Positions 18,095-27,625 of a DNA stretch of 55,368 bases are shown in pieces. A program made the position numbers and the translations under genes. The notes beneath the pieces were generated by a model, which saw nothing but the letters and a program-made list of their open reading frames with translations, made no database searches and was not told the origin of the DNA. Source of the stretch: Candidatus Micrarchaeota archaeon (lineage in GTDB: Archaea > Iainarchaeota > Iainarchaeia > JAADDC01); the NCBI GenBank assembly GCA_027046625.1, contig JALTXX010000008.1:1-55368 (forward strand), read 5' to 3'. Each line of letters starts with the position of its first letter. The first letter of the stretch is position 1.

Positions 18095-18437
18095 CAAATT
18101 CCAAAGGATTTATAGTATCCACGATGTACTTCAGCTGCTCTATATCTTCTTTTCTTAGCTGCTCTCCTCCTTTTTCTATCCGCTCAGAAAGATCCTCCAC
18201 AGCTTTTCGAAGACTTTCTATTTCTGCTTTCAGCTTTTCTATATCTTCAGAAGGGGTAGTCGTTTTTCCTTCCGATAGTTCGTTGATTTTTCTGTTTAGA
18301 ACTACAATGTTTCTAGCTAGTATCTTTTGATTCTTCTTTATAACCTTTAATTGTTGGTTTATTACACGTATACTTGTATCAAGTGTTTTCACCGTTTCTA
18401 TAAGCCTTCTTAGTACCGCTGATGTTCTGTCCGCCAC
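18033..18437 (-). CDS. Coiled-coil hypothetical protein divergent from polB
   Basis: 134 aa with heptad repeats; GTG start. Confidence 0.8.
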   Translation of the reverse strand: MADRTSAVLRRLIETVKTLDTSIRVINQQLKVIKKNQKILARNIVVLNRKINELSEGKTTTPSEDIEKLKAEIESLRKAVEDLSERIEKGGEQLRKEDIEQLKYIVDTINPLEFVTYDQVGELVERKLRELKVI

Positions 18438-18498
18438 GTGGTAAAAATATGCAGAGAACTTTTTAATGGGGAAATAATACTATTTTACCACGTGGCGG
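18431..18498. promoter_or_regulatory. Bidirectional promoter flanked by a perfect 16-bp inverted repeat
   Basis: CCGCCACGTGGTAAAA (18431-18446) and TTTTACCACGTGGCGG (18483-18498); central TTTTTAAT 18460-18467. Confidence 0.8.
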
Positions 18499-20777
18499 TA
18501 GTCAGAAGAATAGTGTATGTGGATTTTGACCCAGAGAGCAAGGAAAGAGGGGTGATAAGGCTTTTTATGTCAAATAAAGGAGATTGGACTGTAAAGAAGA
18601 TAGAATATCATCCCTTTTTACTTTCGGATAAAAGTATATCTCATGAGGGGATTCAAGATGTAAAAACAGTGGAATTTTCAGGAACGCAGATGTATCTTAT
18701 TAGGGTTAAGCATAGAAAATATCTACAGAAGGTAAAACAGCTTTTGGAGGAGAAGGGAGGAAATGTGTATTATCATGATGTGGGTGCTGAGTTCCAGTTC
18801 CTCCTAGAAAATGGCATACTGCCAGCTGGTGTGTATTTTGAAGATCTAACACCGGCGGAGGAAGATGCAGAGCTACTTAGGGCTTCCATAGATATTGAGG
18901 TATACTCTCCCGGGAGGAGCCCGGATCCGTCTAAAGACCCTATTGTAATGGCTTCTTATGTTGATAGCGAAGGTTTTCAGAGAGTAATAACTACTGCAAG
19001 GGTGGAGAAACCTTTTGTGAAGGTAGTAGACAGAGAAGAAGATATTATAAGGGAGTTAAACTCTATTATTAAGGAAAGAGATCCAGACGTTATATATACA
19101 TATTTTGGGGATAGATTCGATCTTCCCTACCTAAAGGAGCGGGCCAAGACATTGGGTTTAGAGCTAAGGTGGGGAAGAGACGGCTCTGAGGTTCAAATAC
19201 ATAGAACGGCAGCAGGCTCCACAGCTTCTATCAGAGGGAGAGCCCACGTGGACGTATACAGGATAGCAGAGTATATGGAAGCCATAGGAGCTATCAATGT
19301 TATAAAGCTAGATCTTGAATCGGTCTACGCTGCCATAACAGGAAAGGAAAAGATAGATGTAGGCGAAGTATCGACTGCATGGGAGAAGGATAAAGCAACC
19401 CTTGCCGAATATAATCTGCAGGATGCCATTGCGTGTATGGAAATAGGCGACAAGTTCTTGGATCTTTATATAGAGTTGGGTAACTACACACTAACCGATT
19501 TATACGAGGCTGTAAGGCTTAGTGCATCCCAGATGGTAGAAAATATGCTTATAAAGAACGCTTTTAAGAGAAAGGAGATTATTCCACGAAGACCAAAGGA
19601 ATCGGAGGTTAGAAAACGATTATTAGAAACCTATAAAGGGGGATATGTAAAGGAGCCGGTTCCCGGTCTGTACGAAAATGTTGCAGTGTTGGACTTCCGC
19701 TCTCTCTATCCTACCATTATTATCACATACAATGTGGATCCCTCCACCCTAAATAAGTCCTGTGACGAATTCTATGAATCCCCTTCTGGACATAGATTTT
19801 GTAAACATCCAAAAGGTTTGTTACCTTCCACCCTCGATGCTGTCTTAAGAGAAAGGTACGAGCTAAAAGATAGACTAAAACAACTGAAGAAAGGAACGTT
19901 AGAGTATAAAGTTACATATGCAAGACAGCAGGCGCTTAAGATTGTAGCAAACGCATCGTATGGGTATCTGGCCTATGCACGTGCTAGGTGGTATTGCAAG
20001 GAGTGTGCGGAGGCTATAACCTCCTGGGCACGAGATTTCATAAAGATGGTAATGGAGGAGGCAGAAATGTCAGGCTTAAAGGTATTATATGGTGATACAG
20101 ACTCTGTATTTGTTCAGTACAGGGAAAAAACTCAGGTAATGAAATTCCTTGAATATATAAACAATAAACTGCCTGGGATTATGGAGCTGGAACTGGAAGG
20201 ATTTTACAAACGAGCTCTTTTTATAAAGAAGAGGAGAGATGAAGGAGCAGCAAAGAAAAAGTACGCCTTGATAGATGAGGAGGGAAGGATAAAGATTGCT
20301 GGAATGGAATATGTAAGAAGAGACTGGTCAGAAATCGCGAGAAGGATCCAGAGAGCTGTGGTAGAAACTATCTTAAAAGAGGGTAACATAGAAAAAGCCT
20401 TAAGAATCATAAAAGATGAGATACAGCGGACAAAGGAGGGAAAGCTTGAGAAGGAAGAGCTCGTTATATACACAGAGATCCAGAAGCCCCTAGAAGAGTA
20501 TCATCAGAGAGGTCCTCATGTGGAGGCTGCAAAAAAGCTTCTAAGAAGTGGATATAAAGTAGGGCCTGGTACCATTGTGGGCTACATCATAGAGAGGGGG
20601 CATGGATCCGTGTCTGAGAGAGCGGTACCAGTAGAATTGTACAGCGGAGAGTATGATATAGACTATTATGTGGAAAGACAGATTATACCCGCTGTTCTCC
20701 CCATCTTTGAGGCGCTGGGATACAAAGAAAAAGACCTTCTAATACCATCCACACAGAAAACACTCTTTGAGTTTTAG
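18492..20777 (+). CDS. polB: Family B DNA polymerase
   Basis: Exo DIE and FDLPY; DFRSLYPTII, KIVANASYG, YGDTDS; C-terminal PIP box QKTLFEF; probable GTG start 18492. Confidence 0.97.
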   Translation: MAVVRRIVYVDFDPESKERGVIRLFMSNKGDWTVKKIEYHPFLLSDKSISHEGIQDVKTVEFSGTQMYLIRVKHRKYLQKVKQLLEEKGGNVYYHDVGAEFQFLLENGILPAGVYFEDLTPAEEDAELLRASIDIEVYSPGRSPDPSKDPIVMASYVDSEGFQRVITTARVEKPFVKVVDREEDIIRELNSIIKERDPDVIYTYFGDRFDLPYLKERAKTLGLELRWGRDGSEVQIHRTAAGSTASIRGRAHVDVYRIAEYMEAIGAINVIKLDLESVYAAITGKEKIDVGEVSTAWEKDKATLAEYNLQDAIACMEIGDKFLDLYIELGNYTLTDLYEAVRLSASQMVENMLIKNAFKRKEIIPRRPKESEVRKRLLETYKGGYVKEPVPGLYENVAVLDFRSLYPTIIITYNVDPSTLNKSCDEFYESPSGHRFCKHPKGLLPSTLDAVLRERYELKDRLKQLKKGTLEYKVTYARQQALKIVANASYGYLAYARARWYCKECAEAITSWARDFIKMVMEEAEMSGLKVLYGDTDSVFVQYREKTQVMKFLEYINNKLPGIMELELEGFYKRALFIKKRRDEGAAKKKYALIDEEGRIKIAGMEYVRRDWSEIARRIQRAVVETILKEGNIEKALRIIKDEIQRTKEGKLEKEELVIYTEIQKPLEEYHQRGPHVEAAKKLLRSGYKVGPGTIVGYIIERGHGSVSERAVPVELYSGEYDIDYYVERQIIPAVLPIFEALGYKEKDLLIPSTQKTLFEF

Positions 20778-20792
20778 AAAGTTATATAAAGG

Positions 20793-22109
20793 ATGACAAT
20801 ACTAATGAGAAACATGTGGTGGTTGCTGCTATTGTTGCTACCAACGGCTTTTGCCGCCACGGTGGAGATAAACGGTGTGGCAGTGGTGTACGACGAAGAT
20901 AGAGTGTCTGTATCTAGCGTAATAGTGGAAGGAAACAAAATGACGGTAACATTTTCAGCAATGCTACCAAATCCCTGTTATACAACTAATGTGCAGACGG
21001 TTGTAGAAGAATTTCATAAGATAAAAGTGTACCTTATACCACCACCTCCAGGAACTGTATGTGCACAAGTGGTGAGTGAGAAAACCCTCTCAGTAGAGAT
21101 GCCATTTACTACAGACGTAGATATTGACGTAGAGCTTGCAAAAGCGGCGGAAAGAGAAGAAATAGCGGAACAACAAATGGAAGAGGGGATGAAAGAGGAG
21201 ATAGAGAAGGAAAAGAGAATTAGAGAGTCCATGCCGGAGATTGTAGTGGGAAGGGAGAGAGAAAGACCCAAAGAAGTGGAGAAGATAAGGAAAATAGTGG
21301 AGGAAGGTACAATAAGAAGACCTCCTAGAGCTCCAGCAATAATAGGTCCACCAGCGGAGGTGTGTGACAAGCTTCTGGCTACCCTGAAGGAGTCCACTGC
21401 TGGCGAAAGGGCAATCTACGTGGTACAAAAGATCTGTAGTGAAGAGAAGCCTGGAGAGGTACTTAAAAAGGTGTGTGAGGAAGGCATACTACCTCTTAGA
21501 GCTCAGAGAATATTTTGTAAGGGAGTTACAGAAGCCATAGTGGTGAAGGACAAGACAGTAGAGGAGCTGAAAAAGGAGATAGAGAGGCTAAGAAAGGAAC
21601 TTGCAAAGGCAAGGGAGGAAATAAGAAGGTTGAGAATAAAGGTAGAAGAACTGAAGAAGAAGCTTATTATAACAGCGAAGGGAATAGTGGATCCTGAGAC
21701 CGGGGAAGAGATAAGCATTCCAGAGGCTGAAATAGATGTTACCCTACAGAACAAGGTGGTGAAGGTAGTTAAGGAAAGAAACACCGTAAAGATAAAGGCT
21801 GGAGAGGCAGAGGTAGAGGTGAGTGCTCCTGTAGCGGTTGCTAAGGGTACCTTGGAGGTGAATAACAAGCCTGTAAGGGTAACACCAGACGAAGTGCTGG
21901 AAAGAGTAAGAAAAAAGGTAGAGGCATTGGAAAAGGTGCAGCTGGAGGTAAAGGATGATAAGCCAGTATACAAGGTAAAGGCCAAGAAAAAAGGAAGATT
22001 ACTCTTCATACTTCCAGTTGAGGTGCCAATAGAAGTGGAAATAGATGCAGAGGAGGGCAAAGAACTCAGAGAGGTCAGGCCGTGGTGGGCATTTCTAGTG
22101 TTCCCCTAA
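20793..22109 (+). CDS. Secreted protein with coiled coil and PepSY-like C-terminus
   Basis: Signal peptide, PNPC/CAQV motif, tail RLLFILPV...RPWWAFL. Confidence 0.75.
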   Translation: MTILMRNMWWLLLLLLPTAFAATVEINGVAVVYDEDRVSVSSVIVEGNKMTVTFSAMLPNPCYTTNVQTVVEEFHKIKVYLIPPPPGTVCAQVVSEKTLSVEMPFTTDVDIDVELAKAAEREEIAEQQMEEGMKEEIEKEKRIRESMPEIVVGRERERPKEVEKIRKIVEEGTIRRPPRAPAIIGPPAEVCDKLLATLKESTAGERAIYVVQKICSEEKPGEVLKKVCEEGILPLRAQRIFCKGVTEAIVVKDKTVEELKKEIERLRKELAKAREEIRRLRIKVEELKKKLIITAKGIVDPETGEEISIPEAEIDVTLQNKVVKVVKERNTVKIKAGEAEVEVSAPVAVAKGTLEVNNKPVRVTPDEVLERVRKKVEALEKVQLEVKDDKPVYKVKAKKKGRLLFILPVEVPIEVEIDAEEGKELREVRPWWAFLVFP

Positions 22110-23088
22110 ATTCTTTGAACTTTCCTTTTATTTTATACCCACAGTTGGGACATCTATCTCCCTCTAGCATACCTTTTACGTGGTAGTTGTGCCTCTCTAT
22201 AACAGGAAAACCACAATTTGGACAATAGGTAGTTTCGAACCTTTTATCACCCACATTACCCAAATACACATAGTTTAGCTCCTCTTTTGCAATATTATAG
22301 AGTTTTACAAGTGTTTCGATGGGAGTGGGAGGTACATCTTTCATTCTATAGTGAGGGAAGAAGCGAGAGATGTGTAGGGGCAGATCTTTGTCTATTTCTC
22401 TTAAAAACTCTACATCCTGCCGAAACCTCTCCTCGTTATCATTGTAACCCGGTATAATAAGCATGGTAACCTCTACATGGAAGTGCTTGTAAGCCTTCTT
22501 AATGTTCCTTTTTACTGTATCCACATGGGCTCCTATTACAACCTCCCTGTAGAATATTTCATCCCCTTTTAAATCTATGTTCATAGCATCTAGGAAGGAG
22601 ATCGCATCCTTCATGAGCTCCTCAGTAAAGTACCCGTTGGTTACAAACACGTTTTTCATCCCCATCCTCTTTACATTTAAACCAACATCTCTTGCGTACT
22701 CGTAGAAGACGGATGGTTCTGTATAGGTGTGTGCCACCCCGAGGGTTCCGGATGCCATTCTTGCAAGTTCCTCCGGAGGAATATATGGCACCTCATAGTC
22801 CTCTGGTCTGGCCTGGGATATATCCCAGTTCTGGCAGTACTTGCAGAAGAAGTTACATCCTACAGTGGCGTATGAAAGAATGGGACTGCCCGGATAAAAG
22901 TGATACAAAGGTTTCTTTTCTATAGGATCAACGCTAATACCTACAGGTTTTCCATATGTTAATAGTATCAGCTCTCCGTTTCTGTTCTCCCTTATTCTGC
23001 ACGCTCCCCTCTTTCCTGGAAGAATAACACACCTCCTTTCACAGGCTATACACTGTATTTTACTATCATCCAGTTGTCTATATAGCAT
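22075..23088 (-). CDS. amrS: AmmeMemoRadiSam system radical SAM enzyme
   Basis: CIACERRC, G.C.IREN, DPIEKKPLYHF, GCNFFCKYCQNW, C-terminal CPNC twice. Confidence 0.92.
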   Translation of the reverse strand: MLYRQLDDSKIQCIACERRCVILPGKRGACRIRENRNGELILLTYGKPVGISVDPIEKKPLYHFYPGSPILSYATVGCNFFCKYCQNWDISQARPEDYEVPYIPPEELARMASGTLGVAHTYTEPSVFYEYARDVGLNVKRMGMKNVFVTNGYFTEELMKDAISFLDAMNIDLKGDEIFYREVVIGAHVDTVKRNIKKAYKHFHVEVTMLIIPGYNDNEERFRQDVEFLREIDKDLPLHISRFFPHYRMKDVPPTPIETLVKLYNIAKEELNYVYLGNVGDKRFETTYCPNCGFPVIERHNYHVKGMLEGDRCPNCGYKIKGKFKEFRGTLEMPTTA

Positions 23089-23129
23089 ACAAATATTTTG
23101 GGGGAGAGGGTTTAGAAAGGTGTGGGGGA

Positions 23130-23157
23130 GCGACCGGGCCAAGGAGACCCGATCGCA
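23130..23157 (-). other. GC-rich intergenic stem-loop
   Basis: GCGATCGGG-N9-CCCGGTCGC with one G-U pair on the minus strand, between fprA and amrS. Confidence 0.55.
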
Positions 23158-23160
23158 CCA

Positions 23161-24270
23161 TTATCTTCCCTCCAAAAGCCTTAAAATAGATTCCCCCACA
23201 GCTTTTACGTCTATGTCCTCCATAGGCCCATAGGAGAAGCCATACCCATAATCTAGGGGGAACTTTTCTAGAGTAGGACCCCATCCATGGGTTTCCACCA
23301 CTACTATATCTTTTCCTTGGTAAAGGTTCTTCTCCATGGATATTTCTAGGAAGAATTTTATCAGGGGAAATAGATCTGCTTCATATGTGGGATATCCGAA
23401 CACTACAACGGCGCTATCTAATATATCTCCCATGGCGTAGGACCAGCGCAGATCTGCAACATTATGTATATTTACCTTTACCCCTCTTCTTCTTAGCCAC
23501 TCCGTCAGCTTTCCCATAGCATAGGATATTTTACCATACATACAGCCGTATACAATAGTAACGCCTTCGCCCCTTCCCTCTAACCAGCTATCATACCACT
23601 TCCACACTCTTTCTTTGTTTTCCTTTAACACAATTCCATGACCAGGGGCTATTATGGATGGATTTATGGATTTTATGCGTTTATGGGCCTTTAACACAAA
23701 GGGTTTGTATCTTAATAAGATGGCAGCCAAGTATCTTCTCATCTCTTTGTATAGATACTCCTTCTCCTCTAGATTGGGGTATGCTCCAAAGGCACCGTAC
23801 ATATCGCATGTGAACAGTACATCGTCTTCTATGAGGTGCGTTATCATGGTTTCTGGCCAGTGCACCCACGGTATCATATAGAATTTTAGTGTAATATCTC
23901 CGATGGATATGCTATCTCCGTCTTTTACGCCTATAGAGTTTGGAGGGTTAAACAGTTGTTTACCAACCTGGCTAATGATTACTTTAGCCCCTGTCTTACT
24001 TAGAAAATGATTCAGACAGCCCGAATGGTCCGGCTCCATATGATTCACCACAATATACTTTATTTCTTTGGGTTTGGCCTCAGAAAATATCTCCTCCTCC
24101 AGTTGTGGGCAGAACATCTCGTAGGCTGTGTCCACGATCACAAATCCGTCAGTTGTTTCTATTAGGTAGGAGTTATAGTTAGCACCCTCGAGATGCCATA
24201 TTGATTCGAATAGCTCAGAGCTTTTATCCACAACAGGTATGGCCTTTACATGGGGGGATATGGAGATCAT
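23161..24270 (-). CDS. fprA: Flavodiiron protein (FprA, MBL plus flavodoxin)
   Basis: YNSYLI, NHMEPDHSG, HWPE, CDMYG, PGHG, flavodoxin YGCMYG; probable start 24270. Confidence 0.92.
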   Translation of the reverse strand: MISISPHVKAIPVVDKSSELFESIWHLEGANYNSYLIETTDGFVIVDTAYEMFCPQLEEEIFSEAKPKEIKYIVVNHMEPDHSGCLNHFLSKTGAKVIISQVGKQLFNPPNSIGVKDGDSISIGDITLKFYMIPWVHWPETMITHLIEDDVLFTCDMYGAFGAYPNLEEKEYLYKEMRRYLAAILLRYKPFVLKAHKRIKSINPSIIAPGHGIVLKENKERVWKWYDSWLEGRGEGVTIVYGCMYGKISYAMGKLTEWLRRRGVKVNIHNVADLRWSYAMGDILDSAVVVFGYPTYEADLFPLIKFFLEISMEKNLYQGKDIVVVETHGWGPTLEKFPLDYGYGFSYGPMEDIDVKAVGESILRLLEGR

Positions 24271-24322
24271 AATGAAAGCAGACGGTGTATCTTTAAATGT
24301 AAACACCCAAAATAGGTAGAGA

Positions 24323-25372
24323 ATGTACGTCCTGGATCTGGATAAAATGGTGTTAGAAGTTGTAGATACAGATGATACGGCTCTTTATGGAGTATATGAG
24401 CTTCTAAAGGATGACGGAACATTCCTTTCTAATGGTTATGTACTACAAGGAAGAAAATTAGTCCTCTCCCGTGTCCCATTTGTGGGGGAACCCTTTCTTA
24501 TAAGGGGAAAAAGAGCAGATATACTTGTGGATCTAAGAAGTGGAGAAGTCTTCGAGACAGACACTCCCAACGTAAAAGGAGATATACTTGTTCACAAAGG
24601 GATAGCATACTCCTATGGCAGATCATCTCTAACCGGTAAGGAACGTATACCCACCTTTGAATTGCCTGACAGACCCCCGTACCTTAATTGGCAGAGCATC
24701 TACATGTCTGAAGAAGAAAGGGGAGAAATGGATGACATGTTTTTCTCTATAAGAAAATCCTACGATGGTAGAATACCACCTGATCAATACGTTGCACTAT
24801 CCTTTTTAGTAGGGCTTACGGAGCCTTCTGCTGTTGAGTATCTATACAATAACCTTCTAGAAAGGGGCAAAGATCCGTTAAAAGTAGGGTTTTATGGTGC
24901 TATAGCCATGGAGAAGCACGAAGTGGAATTGGAACCAGAAAAACAATACTTTATAGATCTAGATCCTGATGAAATTGTGAGATTCCTGTTCTCCTTTGAT
25001 GGAGTATATGAAGATCCCACAACTGGTGTATTCTTGCGTACAAAGGATGGCTTCTATATCCCACCTCTGGTGGAAACCCCTAATATTTTTGTAAATACTC
25101 CTCTACCTTACTACAAACCCCCAGAAGAGTATGTAAAGTGGTTAGAAGAAATATATAGAGAAATGGGCGGTGATGATAACTTTGAAACCTTTGTTATACT
25201 GCTAAAAATGGTAAATATAAGAAGGGGCACCTTTCTCCTTCCTCCGATAGGGAGGGCAGAGCATTTAGTGAAGAAATACACGGGTATGGATCCTATAACT
25301 TGGATGGACGCCCAAAAATCTCTGCTAGATAGACTACTTCCATCCGTTGCTGATATGAGAAAACCCACTTAA
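24323..25372 (+). CDS. Hypothetical protein, possibly a degenerate aldehyde ferredoxin oxidoreductase derivative
   Basis: VLDL N-terminus; LLERGKDPLKVGFYGAIAME resembles the AFOR C-domain GxDxxxxG...AME; no cysteines. Confidence 0.45.
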   Translation: MYVLDLDKMVLEVVDTDDTALYGVYELLKDDGTFLSNGYVLQGRKLVLSRVPFVGEPFLIRGKRADILVDLRSGEVFETDTPNVKGDILVHKGIAYSYGRSSLTGKERIPTFELPDRPPYLNWQSIYMSEEERGEMDDMFFSIRKSYDGRIPPDQYVALSFLVGLTEPSAVEYLYNNLLERGKDPLKVGFYGAIAMEKHEVELEPEKQYFIDLDPDEIVRFLFSFDGVYEDPTTGVFLRTKDGFYIPPLVETPNIFVNTPLPYYKPPEEYVKWLEEIYREMGGDDNFETFVILLKMVNIRRGTFLLPPIGRAEHLVKKYTGMDPITWMDAQKSLLDRLLPSVADMRKPT

Positions 25373-25398
25373 ATGTTACAAACCTACCTCCAACTACA

Positions 25399-25470
25399 GC
25401 CCCGGTAGCTCAGCGGTAGAGCGCCCGCCTCGTAAGCGGGAGGTCGCGGGTTCAAATCCCGCCCGGGGCT
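25399..25470 (+). tRNA. tRNA-Thr(CGT)
   Basis: GCCCCGG acceptor, CCCGC-CT-CGT-AA-GCGGG, GGTTCAAATCC, U discriminator. Confidence 0.96.
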
Positions 25471-25480
25471 CTGATAGGTG

Positions 25481-26173
25481 TTATTTTCTTCTTTTTAGGG
25501 AAATATACAGACGTGCTCTATCTACAATTTCGGATAGAAGGGGATGAATCTGTTTTTCTATGGGATGAGAGGGATCCAGCACAAAAGAAATAAGAAGAGC
25601 TGGGTGGTCACCTCCTTTATTGGACAACACTACCTTGTTATCTTCTTTCTTTACCCATGTGGTTGATATACTGACGGACCGGGGAGATGGATTACCACTC
25701 TTTTCATGAGATTCTAAGGCATCCTTGAGGATGAAGTGCCTAACCTCTATATCTCCTGGAGGAAAGTGGGAGAAGCCTCTACTAAAGGATGCATAGAAGT
25801 ATGGAGGATGCTCCTTAAGGGGTATAAGTACTCCTACACGGGGTTCTCCCATTTCGATCCTAAAGGAGGCTAGACCCTTATTGGGGTATGTATCAAATGC
25901 TGTTATGGCATCGTAAACGCTTCTAAGTCGTTTGTCTGGTATACCGAACATGTAATAAACAAAGGCTTTGGCCTCTCTTGGTTTGGAATACGGAGAATGA
26001 AGCACTCTTTCACCTATAGATACTAAAGCTTCCTTTATGTGATCAGGAAAATCCTCATACTGTATCTCTCCTCTCAGCTTACTAAGCCAGCGTTTTATCT
26101 CACCAAGAAGGGGATCCATATAGGTAACAAGGAATCCATTCTTAAACAGTTTTCCATCCATAATTCCCCACAT
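25481..26173 (-). CDS. Hypothetical protein
   Basis: 230-aa ORF; true start probably downstream (e.g. ATG 26119). Confidence 0.7.
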   Translation of the reverse strand: MWGIMDGKLFKNGFLVTYMDPLLGEIKRWLSKLRGEIQYEDFPDHIKEALVSIGERVLHSPYSKPREAKAFVYYMFGIPDKRLRSVYDAITAFDTYPNKGLASFRIEMGEPRVGVLIPLKEHPPYFYASFSRGFSHFPPGDIEVRHFILKDALESHEKSGNPSPRSVSISTTWVKKEDNKVVLSNKGGDHPALLISFVLDPSHPIEKQIHPLLSEIVDRARLYISLKRRK

Positions 26174-27563
26174 GGAAAAGGACCATGTATCCTACGCAGA
26201 TGATATGGATATACTAGTGCCGCCTCAGCATAGGATCTCCCAGCTGGATAGAGAGTTCGGATCTCTTACAGGATCAGGATTGCCTCTCTTCTCTGTGGGT
26301 GGAGGCATTTTAAGATGGGTTTTGTATCAAATACTCACAGATTTTCATGTGGAAAGAGGTTACCGTGTGGTAAGCACACCCTTAGTAGCATCCACAGAAC
26401 TATACAAGGTTTCTGGCCACTATGACTTCTACAAGGAAAATATGTACATATTTAACATTGATGAACACGAATTTGCTATAAAACCTATGAACTGTCCCTA
26501 CCACATACTGATATTTACCAATCTCGTACAAAAATACAGAAATAAGGTGGAAATACCGCTCAAGTTGTTTGAGCTAGGAACTGTACATAGATATGAGCTG
26601 AGCGGAGCTCTATATGGTTTGTTAAGGGTGAGAGGGTTTACACAGGATGACGCACATATTTTTACTCCGCCAGAACATTTTGATTCTATTGTGATGTCCA
26701 CCTTTGAGGAAATGAAAGACATCTACACAAAGTTGTTTTTACTTCCCTTCACAGAGGAAAATATTTACATACGTCTCTCTATGGGGGATAGAGAAAAACT
26801 GGGAACTGAGTTTATAGGGACAGAAGAGGAATGGGACAGTGCAGAGGATGCACTGAGGGGTGTTGCAGAGGAGATAAAGGAGAGAGAAGGTATGAAATAC
26901 TATGAAGAGAAGGGGGAAGCAGCATTTTACGGTCCTAAAATAGATGTTGTAATGAAGTTCAATGGGGATGAATGGCAGGTGGGTACTATACAGTTTGATT
27001 TTAATCTTCCAAGAAGATTTAAGCTACATGAACTCGTAAGAGAAACGGGGGTGGGAGATGAGATTCAAATGATACACAGAGCATATCTTGGATCAATAGA
27101 AAGGTTCCTCGGAGCCTATTTGGAGGCCCGAAAGGGAAGGTTACCCTTTGTGCTAAATCCTGTTCAAATAGCCATAGTTGCGGTATACACAGGAAAGGCG
27201 GATATAGACAAAAGTATAGAAGAGTTAGCTAGCGGGTTGGTAAACATGCTGAAAAAGAATGAGTTAAGAGTGGTTTATGTGCCTGCAGACAAGACAACCC
27301 TTAGCAAGAGAGTAAAGAAGATGGAAAGCACCATAAAACCCTCCATAACTCTCTTTATAGGAAAACGTGAAGTAGAGCAGTCAGAAGCAGTTATAAACTA
27401 TTATATGCCTGGAGAAGGAAAAAAAGAGAAAAAGACCGGCTTTAAATCAGTCGAAGAACTTTATATGGCCACTTTAGATGTGGTAGAAGAGTTCGAAGCT
27501 CCTGTAAAGGAAATAACGGGAAGGAAATACAGGTTATTTGAGGATATGGGTTATCTTGTGTGA
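26172..27563 (+). CDS. thrS: Threonyl-tRNA synthetase, catalytic plus anticodon domains only
   Basis: [47 protein letters not shown]; no N-terminal editing domain. Confidence 0.96.
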   Translation: MEKDHVSYADDMDILVPPQHRISQLDREFGSLTGSGLPLFSVGGGILRWVLYQILTDFHVERGYRVVSTPLVASTELYKVSGHYDFYKENMYIFNIDEHEFAIKPMNCPYHILIFTNLVQKYRNKVEIPLKLFELGTVHRYELSGALYGLLRVRGFTQDDAHIFTPPEHFDSIVMSTFEEMKDIYTKLFLLPFTEENIYIRLSMGDREKLGTEFIGTEEEWDSAEDALRGVAEEIKEREGMKYYEEKGEAAFYGPKIDVVMKFNGDEWQVGTIQFDFNLPRRFKLHELVRETGVGDEIQMIHRAYLGSIERFLGAYLEARKGRLPFVLNPVQIAIVAVYTGKADIDKSIEELASGLVNMLKKNELRVVYVPADKTTLSKRVKKMESTIKPSITLFIGKREVEQSEAVINYYMPGEGKKEKKTGFKSVEELYMATLDVVEEFEAPVKEITGRKYRLFEDMGYLV

Positions 27564-27625
27564 TGTTTAAAACACTTTCTTTTGTTGTATATACATAGAT
27601 AGCTATCGATTGTGGAGGTGATAAC

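Noticed and set aside
18492-20777. Intein or split in PolB (also checked TFB and Hef)
   Set aside because: Lengths are normal and motifs are contiguous
23130-23160. Hairpin as a SECIS or a tRNA-like minihelix ending ACCA on the + strand
   Set aside because: No GAA/A internal loop or in-frame UGA nearby; the stem has a C-A mismatch on the + strand
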